DNA from: an uncultured Armatimonadia bacterium
GTDB taxonomy: Bacteria; Armatimonadota; Zipacnadia; CAVVLO01
Assembly: GCA_963749155.1 (NCBI GenBank)
Contig: CAVVLO010000003.1
Coordinates: 352,001-416,000, forward strand
DNA: 64,000 nt
Direction: 5' to 3'
Part shown: piece by piece, positions 52,121-61,052 of the stretch
How positions within the stretch are numbered: the first letter of the stretch is position 1
How the letters are laid out: every line of letters begins with the position of its first letter
The notes under the pieces: generated by a model
Database searches by the model: none
Told to the model about the DNA's origin: nothing
The model's input: the letters and a program-made list of their open reading frames with translations, nothing else
Program-made: the position numbers and the translations under genes

Positions 52121-53512
52121 TCACAGGTAGACAGGATCAATGCCCACGGTGAGGGCAAGTCGCCCATCGGAGGTCCTCTCCCCCGCTTCTTCTCGAGTCT
52201 GGGAATAGTCCCAGTGATACTCTACATACTGGCCTTGGGGTAGTGACAGCACCACCTCGCGCTTCAGCGAGGGCGTACCTTCCCAATCGGCGGCCCAACA
52301 AGCGCAAAGGACCTCGCCTGTTTTGCCCGTGAAGAGGTAAGCCCTGGCCTCATCACCAACCTCCAGCTCTTTTGAGAAGACAAGCTGCCCGGTCGAAAGG
52401 CCCGAGAGCAATTCGGAGCAAGTTCGATAGGCCCAGTAGGCAGGCTTGCGTTCGACTCCGACGCCATCTCGGCCAAGCTTCGAGGTGTCGCCCAGGAGGC
52501 CCATATTCTGCCAGCAGGGATCCATCAATCCATACCAGCAAACGGTAACAAGCCCCGCTGCAGCGCCACTTAGCTGAGTCTTGGGAGCAGCGGCCCTCTG
52601 CACCAGCGGCCCATACGCTTCACCTAGAGAATCATCGCCTGGATACCCGCACTCGGTGCAGAGGAACTTCGGAAGAGGCAGCTCCCTTTTCTTATACTCG
52701 CCTTTCATAAGCCCAAGCATCACGAATAGGCCCTCTTTGCGCTCGATAAGGGTGTCAGACCCAGGCCCCGCATAGGTGTGGAAATCCACGAAATCGAGAT
52801 ACTGGGCCGCGGGATAGACGGCATCGTCCAGCAGGAAGCCAAGCGTCTGCTCGAAGCAGATTTGCAGTCCCACCTTTGCGGTCGGGTCGGCATAACGCGC
52901 CGCCTGATGGGAGATGAAGACCAGCCGCGCCAGGTCGGCTAGCGTCATCCCATACCAGCCGCGCAGTAGCCTGGAGGCTGGATTTGTTGGGCGCTCAGGC
53001 CAGGGCAGCCAGTCAGGCTCATTCCAAAGGCTGTAGTAGTCAAGACGCGGGGAGCCAGGCGCATCAGCTAATCCATCTGCATCGTAGCGCTCAACGATAC
53101 GGCCGACGAAAAAGGCCCACTCGTTCTCAGGATTGAGCTGGGCGCCCTCCAGAGGCTCATCGCCGGTGGTGAAGACGGCCTGCCAAAGCCCTGCCGGCGG
53201 TTTCATCCCCTCGTCCTGGCTGCCATCTGGCCTTGTAACGTGCCAGGAGGCATTCATCAAGAAGGCCAAAGGGCTGTGTCCAGCCTCGCAGAAAGGGCGC
53301 AGATTGCCATCCGGATGGGCGATTGCATCGCCGGCCGAGAAGTCCAGCCTCATCCCCACGCGCGGCATCGTCGCGCCTGTCTCGAAGGCCCATCCGGTAA
53401 CCACAGCAGGCTCTACATTGGGCACCCAGCCGCCGTTCATCCCGAAATAGTAAGGCCCCGCAGCCGCAAAGCCAGCCAGGAGGATGAGACCAAGCATCAG
53501 GCAGACTTTCAT
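52121..53512 (-). CDS. Secreted clan GH-A glycoside hydrolase (GH39/GH5-like)
   Basis: Signal peptide. YSLWNEPD, VDFHTY, FLCTECGY, MGLL...RKPAYWAY. Confidence 0.7.
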   Translation of the reverse strand: MKVCLMLGLILLAGFAAAGPYYFGMNGGWVPNVEPAVVTGWAFETGATMPRVGMRLDFSAGDAIAHPDGNLRPFCEAGHSPLAFLMNASWHVTRPDGSQDEGMKPPAGLWQAVFTTGDEPLEGAQLNPENEWAFFVGRIVERYDADGLADAPGSPRLDYYSLWNEPDWLPWPERPTNPASRLLRGWYGMTLADLARLVFISHQAARYADPTAKVGLQICFEQTLGFLLDDAVYPAAQYLDFVDFHTYAGPGSDTLIERKEGLFVMLGLMKGEYKKRELPLPKFLCTECGYPGDDSLGEAYGPLVQRAAAPKTQLSGAAAGLVTVCWYGLMDPCWQNMGLLGDTSKLGRDGVGVERKPAYWAYRTCSELLSGLSTGQLVFSKELEVGDEARAYLFTGKTGEVLCACWAADWEGTPSLKREVVLSLPQGQYVEYHWDYSQTREEAGERTSDGRLALTVGIDPVYL

Positions 53513-53521
53513 TGGCTTCTC

Positions 53522-55300
53522 CTATTCAAGTACGCCAAGCTCTACACCAGGGATCTCGCCACGCGGATAACACTTCAGGCGGAAGGCGGAGCTGCCAGCG
53601 GGTAGCGAGAGCTCCAGTCGGGCAAGAGAGGGGAAATCGCAGGCCTCTTCGACGCCCACAGGGCCGATTGGGAGTTCGGCTTGCACCTCGCCAAGGCTCT
53701 CGTAACGCTTGATGCGACTCCAGAGAGACCCCCAATAGAAAAGGCCCTGTCCTGCCTCGTGGCAGAAGACATTGGCTTCAAAGAGCAGATTAAGGTCTTC
53801 CAGTGAAAGCCCCACCGGCTGGGCGCTCGGGTCTTTCGCCACATAATCGGCTGCTATATCTTCCTCCGGCCCTTCTTCCACCTTTTGCTGCTGAAGGGCC
53901 TTAGGCCAGTGGCGTTCATCTTCCTGGGCGAACCAGCCCCAAAGCTGCGCGTCCCGGTTCCAGGCCAGCACATTGTTACGGATGACGTTGTCGTGATTCC
54001 AGACGGGCCGCTCTGTGTGGTCTTCAATCTGAGGGGTGGTGCGAAATTGCTCGCGAAAAGCAAAGCCCTCCCGGTTGCCCACCAGCAGGTTGCGCTCGAT
54101 TGTGCAGCCAGGCGAACTGGAGAGCACAATCCCCGCTTGCATACCCCAGGCGCCTGCAGTGTCGGCGAGGCCATTGCCGACCGCTACATTGTCATGCGCG
54201 TGAAGGCCATAGGATATCTCGTAGAAGAGCCCTGCCTCCAGATTGTCGAGGAAGAGGCAGTTGGCGACTTCTATAGCCTCATTGCCAATGTCGAACCACA
54301 GGCCTGTGCCGATGTTCTCGACGAACTGCGACCGCATCACCCGGATGCCCCGAGAGAGGCAAAGCTTGGAGCCTCCCCCTTCCCACCCACGATTCCAGCC
54401 TTTGGAGTTGTTGCCGCGCACCAGGCAGTCCGTCACGAGCAGGTTATGCGCCTCAGTGCCTCCCAGACCAACCTCTCCATTGGCTTCAAAACGGCAATAG
54501 GCCAATATACAATCATCGCCCGAGACAGTCAGGCCATTGGCGTTCATCCGCGTTATGGCGCAGTTCGAGAAGACACAGTGGTTGCCTGAAACTAGTACCC
54601 CGCCGCTTTGGGCCTGATTGGCGGCGTAGCGGAAGTTAAGGCCTCGAATATGGAGATGGTTCCCTTTCAGCTCAAGCACTGAGGAGCGGGCCGAAGCCTC
54701 GATAGGCGCCAGCCCCTGAGTCAGATCAACATTGTCAGCAGTCCAGACAAAGAGGCGCTTGCCCTCTTCATCCACCCAGAAGGTGCCTCTGGCAAGTTCT
54801 TCTTTCCGAAGCACCTGCCTCAAAGGGAGGCCTGATGCGAAGACCTGCTCCGCGCGCCCAATAAGCAGGTGATAGTCATCGCCGGGATGGGAGCGAGTTT
54901 CGCTCCAGCCTATGAAGAGGTGATCCCAGGGGGTGCTGAAGAGATTGAACTCTTCGCTTTCTCTTTGCCAGTCGGTCAGCTTGTCAGCGCCGGTGAGAGT
55001 CACCCGGGCATTAGGCGCAGCTTCAATCGTTATGGGCGCCTCTTCCGTACCGCTGGCTTCGATGATGACTTGTTCACGATAGAGGCCGGAATGGATTTGG
55101 ACGGTATCGCCTGGCTCAAGTCCAGCAGCGACGGCCTCCGAGACAGAAGCGAATTGTTCCTCTTCGGGTACCTCCGGAAGAGGAGATTGCGCCACGTGCA
55201 AGAGGCGCGCCGAAGAGGGCAACGCCATCAGCAAAAGAGCTAGCGCAAGCAGGGCCACGCTAATCGAAGACCTGTTGCAAGAGCTGCCTGGTGGTTTCAA
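53522..55300 (-). CDS. Secreted right-handed parallel beta-helix protein (lyase/glycosidase-like)
   Basis: PGDTVQIHSGLYRE, GTGLWFDIGN, GLFYEIS, repeated beta-helix Asn ladders. True start probably a little downstream (~55258). Confidence 0.75.
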   Translation of the reverse strand: MKPPGSSCNRSSISVALLALALLLMALPSSARLLHVAQSPLPEVPEEEQFASVSEAVAAGLEPGDTVQIHSGLYREQVIIEASGTEEAPITIEAAPNARVTLTGADKLTDWQRESEEFNLFSTPWDHLFIGWSETRSHPGDDYHLLIGRAEQVFASGLPLRQVLRKEELARGTFWVDEEGKRLFVWTADNVDLTQGLAPIEASARSSVLELKGNHLHIRGLNFRYAANQAQSGGVLVSGNHCVFSNCAITRMNANGLTVSGDDCILAYCRFEANGEVGLGGTEAHNLLVTDCLVRGNNSKGWNRGWEGGGSKLCLSRGIRVMRSQFVENIGTGLWFDIGNEAIEVANCLFLDNLEAGLFYEISYGLHAHDNVAVGNGLADTAGAWGMQAGIVLSSSPGCTIERNLLVGNREGFAFREQFRTTPQIEDHTERPVWNHDNVIRNNVLAWNRDAQLWGWFAQEDERHWPKALQQQKVEEGPEEDIAADYVAKDPSAQPVGLSLEDLNLLFEANVFCHEAGQGLFYWGSLWSRIKRYESLGEVQAELPIGPVGVEEACDFPSLARLELSLPAGSSAFRLKCYPRGEIPGVELGVLE

Positions 55301-56554
55301 CGATTATCCCCCCCGCCTCTGGGGCAAGCAGGCTCGTGACCGCAGGCCAGGTACTGTAGCCACCTCGCGGGAAAGCCTCAGCAATCGGCACATAGCCCAC
55401 ATACCCGTCGGTAAGCTGCGAGATGAGCGTAATCGCGGCCGGAGAGGCGTCCTTGATGGCAATCCCATGTTCTACATAGAACTCGGCAGGGTTCGTACAG
55501 ATTACCGCATCGCCCAGGCGCAGCACATTGACATGAGTTGGCCAGGGACTGCGCGTAGCCAGCAGCTCCGGCCAGAGGGCTTTCTGGCTGACATAATAGT
55601 CTTTGAAGCCGCCCTCTTCCCATTCCTCTGGCTTAAGTGATTCTGGCCATTGGCGGATGGGGATTGGCACGACAGCCTGAGCAAGCGAGAGGCGCTGAGA
55701 GGCCATCGGCGCCATCGTGCTGGCCATTGTCTTGAGTATCTCGGCGCCCAGATAAACCCCCGCGCGCTGCCAGCCGGACTCTTCGCGCCAGGGCTGATAA
55801 CCTGTCGGATTGTTTTCCAGTTGGCTTGGCGCCTGGTTTCCAGCGGCGCCCGGTCAGATAGACAAGCTTAACTCGAGGGCCAAGGTTGCGCTCCAGGAAG
55901 GAACGTAGCGACCCGACCAGATCGGCGCTGTAATAGCAGTGTTGCTCCATCGTGTTGGGATGGATGGCGAAAGAGGAGATGATGGCCTTAAGGCCCTCCT
56001 GCGGCTCTTTCTACAAAGACGATGGGCAAGCCGCCCATCTCGAGGCCCTTCGACGCCATCGAAATCGTCTGCCCAACTGCCGTGGTACATATCCACCCGG
56101 CCATCTTTGTGGTAGCCACGGCGGTTGTAGGCAAGCTCCTCCAGGAAGCCCTCTCCGGAAAAGAGACGGGCTTCTTCCAAATCGGCGATAGCCGCCTGAA
56201 CCACCTCGACCAGCGCGGTTGCAAGCCACTCGAGATAATCAGGATCAGGCTCACCGGCCATCCCGCCCCGGATGACTGGCCCAAGATGGGTGTGGGTCGA
56301 GGCCAGCAGGACGCGGTTACCAGCGAGGCCAAGGGCAGCCTCGACTCGGGCCTTCACGTCGGCCGTGAATTCTTCCGTCAGCATCGCCAGGTCCGAGGAG
56401 ACAAGCACAACAGGCGGTCTCGCCCTCGGCAAAGGCCACCGCGGTCGCCATCAGGGGATCGTGAGTATATTCCGCGATCCGGACATGCATCTGGCCCTGA
56501 AAGCGCAAGCGGCTTGTCGGGTGTAATATCGCGCGAAGCAACGCCTACCTGCAT
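55260..56554 (-). CDS. Neutral/alkaline ceramidase-like amidohydrolase; several frameshifts
   Basis: MQVGVASRDITP..., HDPLMATAV, LASTHTHLGP, NRR, PAEFYVEHG..IK, GYVGYVP...GGYST. Confidence 0.7.
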
Positions 56555-57842
56555 CAGTCTCTCCCCTCCATCGGTATCTGATCGAGCTGCTCGAAGACCT
56601 TCCGGATGCCATACGCGAGGGCGTCAAGCTCTTCTTCGGACGCCGGCGGGCGATGACTGTCCACAGAAAGCTGGATCATCGAATCTACGCACTGCCAGGA
56701 AACGGGATACTGGTCGAGGTTGTAGTCCACTTCGCGTCCCACGGTATGGCAGCTCCAGGGGCAACCTTTGCCATAAGCGTGTTTGGCCTGGATGATGGCA
56801 TGCGAGGGAAGCATCCAGCGGGGTTGCCCTACCGGGATGCCCTCTGCCGCCGATGGCCGCAAAGACCGCGTCCCGGAAGGTCCGAAAGCGGCAGATCGCC
56901 CGCGGCGGCGGGATCTGTGCGCATCGCAAAGGCATACCCATTGCTGGTCTGGTCGGGTGAATCATAGGGCAGCACGAGGCCTGGAATGCCTTCCAAAGCG
57001 CTTCTCAGCTTTACGAAATTGACGCGAGTCTGGGCATTGGTCTCATCGAGGCGCGAGAGGGCACTTCTGCCATAGGCGGCGGCCAGGTCGGAGGGGCGAT
57101 ACATCCACCCCATCGGGAAGCTGTCGAAGTTGCGCTCTTCATAGCGAGAGCGCATCTCGCCGAAGCTCATCAAGGACCGCGCGCCAGAAAGCAACGCTTC
57201 ATCGTCGGTGACGAAGAGCCCCCCTTCCCCTCCAGAAAGGTTCTTGTTCTGGTTGAGGCTGAAGGCCGAGGCGTGGCCAATTGTGCCTGTTTTTCGCCCT
57301 TTGTAGAGGCTTCCATGCGCCTGACAGCCATCTTCGATAACGTAAAGGTTGTGTTTTGCTGCAATCGCCATCAGGCGGTCCATCTCGCAAGGCAGGCCCC
57401 AATAATGCACAGGCAGGATGGCTTTCGTGAAGGGCGTTATCGCTGCCTCGACGGCATCTGGATCGAGCAGCATCGTCGCCCAGTCCACATCCACGAAGAC
57501 CGGGATGGCGTTGTGGTGCAGGATGCAGGTCATAGAACTCGTCCATGAGACGGCAGTGGTTATGACCTCATCGCCAGGCCCTATACCACAGGCGGCCAGT
57601 GCCATATGCAGAGCGGAGGTGCCACTGTTGGTCGCCAGGCAGAACTGGTTGCCATTCCACCTGGCCCATTCCTGCTGCAGCAACTCACAGTTAGGGCCCC
57701 AGGCGTGCATCTTCTGATGCAGTGAGGCCAGCACAAATTCTTCATCCTGCTTCGTCACAGGCGGCCAGCGACCAGGCTCGATTACATAGGGGAAGGCTTT
57801 GGGGCCTCCGAGAATCGCGAGCTTTTCTGCCAATTTGATCAC
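56554..57842 (-). CDS. DegT/DnrJ/EryC1/StrS PLP-dependent sugar aminotransferase; 1 frameshift
   Basis: NSGTSALH, PVHYWG, IEDGCQAHG, FSLNQNKNLSGGEGG. C-terminus in 56554..56862. Confidence 0.9.
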
Positions 57843-58241
57843 CCAAGATGTGGTAGTTGCTTGCTGGTTTCGGTATAGCAATGCAATTCGATGCGGTTGT
57901 CATCGGGATCGGCAATCCAGGACTGCCAGCTATTATCTGAGCCGAAGAAGGGATCAGAGGCGTCTATACCCTTTGCTCTGAGGGCTTCAACGCTGAGCCG
58001 GCAGGTCATCTACCTCAAGACAGAGATGCTGGTAGCTGCCGCGATTTGCGGTCAATTCGGGGGTTCCGATAAATAGCTCGATAAAGCTGCGGCCGCCGAC
58101 TTTCAGGTAGACGCCGAAACGCTTGCCCTCCTCGTTGATGAAGTCGAAGGCAGGCTCGAGGCCGAGTTTGTCCACGTAGAAATCAAGTGCAGCGTCCAGA
58201 TCGCGAACAATGTAGCAGACATGCGCAAGGGCGGTTATCAT
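57839..58241 (-). CDS. VOC (glyoxalase-like) metalloprotein; 1 frameshift
   Basis: LAHVCYIVRDLDAALDFY, FIELF, YQHLCLEV, then shifted frame SWQSWIADPDDNRIELH...*. Confidence 0.85.
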
Positions 58242-58274
58242 AAGTTCCTCCACTACCCAAAAGGTGCCCTAGAG

Positions 58275-58331
58275 GTTCGCTCATCCGCTCGCCCCCCCTG
58301 CCTGGCAGGTTTATGAGCTTTCTGTCAGAAC
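58275..58331. promoter_or_regulatory. Divergent sigmaH-like promoter pair
   Basis: GCAGGG-N17-GAAC on the minus strand (58275-58301) and GCAGGT-N17-GAAC on the plus strand (58305-58331). Confidence 0.45.
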
Positions 58332-58364
58332 CTTGTAGCAGTCCTCAGCAGAAGGAGCCACCTG

Positions 58365-61039
58365 ATGAGATATGCGGTTTGCCTCGCTTTACTGATATTG
58401 CTGGCCTTTGGCGCCCTCTCGGTCGCCCAGAACGGCCCTCGACAGACTCCGGCCTGGGATGTGCGCGCCGACAGTTGGGTCGCCACTGATGTCCTCGACC
58501 GCGTTCTGCCAGGCTTCGCAGAGGTCGGCCCTCCCCGTGAGGACCGGTGGGTGGGTATCTTCTACTTCCTCTGGCTGGACCGAATCTACTCCGGCAGGCC
58601 CTGGGATGTGACCGAAGTACTCGCGCAGGAACCTTCTCAACGCATCTGGCCAATGTCAACGATGAACTGGGGCGAGTCGGAAGACGGGTATTACATAAGC
58701 AGCGACCCTTATGTTGTGCGCAAACACTGCAATCTGCTGGTGGACGCGGGCGTGGACACGCTGATTTTCGACACCAGCAACGCTGTACTGTATCTCGACA
58801 CGCTGAAGGCCCTCTGTGACACCTATCTGCAGATACGCTCGGAGGGCGGCAAGACGCCTCAACTGACCTTCCTCATCCACAATGACGCAGCTCGGAACCT
58901 CTTCGAGCAGTTTTTCTCTATCGAACGCTACAAAGAACTGTGGTTTTACTGGAAGGGTAAACCGCTGATTCTGCCTGTCAGAGAGCCCTCAGGTCTCGAC
59001 CAGGAGCTGAAGGACTTCTTTACGCTGCGTCATTGCTGGGCCTGGACCAGCGGCCAGGACACCTGGAGCTGGGTCACCCATTGGCCCCAGCAGTATGGCT
59101 GGCACGAGTCGCCTGACCTTCCTGAGGAGCTTTCGGTCTCCATCGCGCAGCACCCGACCACCAACTACGGCCGTAGCAATCTGGGCAATGTGCAACCGCC
59201 CTATGATGACGACTTCCGCACAGGCACCGAGCACCTGGGCCTGTACTTCGAGCAGCAGTGGCAGCGCGCCCTGGAGGTAGATCCGGAGTTTATCTATGTC
59301 ACAGGCTGGAACGAGTGGATAGCGGGTCATTACATTGTCCAGCCAGGGACAGATACCGCCTTCCTGGGCAAGCAGCTCAACCTGGGTGACTTCTTCCACG
59401 TGGATGGGTTCAACGAAGAATATAGCCGCGATGCCGAACCGATGAACGGTGGCTACAGCGATAACTACTACTTCCAGCTTGCTTCCTTTATAAGGAAATA
59501 CAAGGGAGTCAGGCCCCCTGAGGTCGCCAGCGCTGCGAAGACAATTGCCCTCGATGGCGACTTCTCAGACTGGGCCGAGGTCGGCCCGGAATACCGCGAC
59601 CACCTGTATGACCCAGTAAGTCGCGACTGGCCAGGGGCATCACACCTCATTCAGTATGTAAACAACTCAGGCCGCAACGATCTGGTTGCCTTCAAAGTGG
59701 CCCAGGATGCGAATTTCGTTTACTTCTACGCGAAGACGCGCCAGCCGCTGACGCCTTACAACGACAAGGGCTGGATGCAGCTTTACCTCGACACGGACCA
59801 GAGCCGCGCCACAGGCTGGGAAGGCTATGACTACGCCGTCAAACGTCATCGGCCCGCGCACCGCGACTACAACGACTCTGGCCCGCGCAGTCGGCAAACC
59901 CATGGTGGCCAAAATCAGCCGGTTGGAGCCAGCCCAACTTGGGGCTTCCTCCAACAGGGGGGCGCTGGAAGAGGATCTGCCACCTGCCCTGGAGGGCTCG
60001 CAGTGGATCTGGGGACCGGGCACAGGCCTCAATGCTCCGCCTGGCAAAATCTGGCTACGGAAAAACTTCGACCTGCCTGATGAGCAACTGGCCGAGGCGA
60101 GGCTAATTGTCACCTGTGACAATTCTTTCGTGCTGTTCGTGAACGGCCAACAGGTGGCTACAGGGGATGCCTGGGATACCCCTGTGGAGGCGGACCTGAC
60201 TGCTCTGCTGCGCCCCGGCCCCAACAGCCTGGCAGTGGAAGCCCTCAACCTGGGAGAGGGCGACAACTTCACGGGGCTGGTTGCAACCTTAAAGTGCGCG
60301 CCCTGGGAAAGCGCCCTTGCTCTTAAGAACAGACTCGTCGTGGCGTTTCAGCTCAGAGCAACCAGGCGCCGGCTGGACGGAGGCCGACTTCGAGGACAGC
60401 AGCTGGCAGCAGGCGCGCGAGCTTGGCGCTTATGGCAACTATCCCTGGATCAAGGGCGCCCAGCCCGCCAACCCGTTGCTTTTCACCTGGCTACCTGGCA
60501 GCGAGGCCCGTTATCTGGAGTGCGACCTTGACGCGCCGATGCGCCTGACTTCAACCCGGGTCGAGTGGGCCACTGGCACTTTTCCAGTTGGAGAGCTGGC
60601 CACGCCGACCGAGTGGCGTCTCTATTACGAAGCCGAGGGGCGCTGGGTGGAAGTACCGAACCCAAGCGGGTATGCGAACGCGGTTGCCCAGGGCAACCGC
60701 ACGACTTTCGATCCCATCGTCACCAACAGGCTGCGCCTCGAGCTGCGCGCGCCTGAAGAAAGCCCTGTTGGACTCTTCAAGTGGGAAGTCACCGGCTGCC
60801 CTGCGCCGGCCGACCAACCGCCCGTGCAGTGGGCGGAAGTCACGTCCGACATCCAGTACCGCGCCTCTGGCAGCGAGCTGGAGCTCGCTCTGCCTCGCAG
60901 TCTCCTTGGCGAGGGTAGCGAAGTGAGCCTGGACTTCCACTGGGCCGATAATCCCCAGTCGCTGTATGACCTCCTGGAGTTCTCCATCAACGGCGACAGC
61001 GCGCCAGAGCGGCGTTACAACTACCGCTATGGCAATTAG
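58365..61039 (+). CDS. Secreted GH99-like glycoside hydrolase with inserted carbohydrate-binding-like modules; 2 frameshifts
   Basis: Joined 58365..60080, 59827..60531 and 60317..61039. VGIFYFLW, DAGVDTLIFDTSN, VTGWNEWIA, VDGFNEEYSRDAEP. Insert IWLRKNFDL..ITCDNSF.LFVNG. Confidence 0.7.
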
Positions 61040-61052
61040 GGAGGGTACTAAA

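Noticed and set aside
58272..58333. Apparent nested inverted repeat (AGGTTC/GAACCT, CCTGCC/GGCAGG) as an RNA structure
   Set aside because: More simply explained by two back-to-back copies of the promoter motif.
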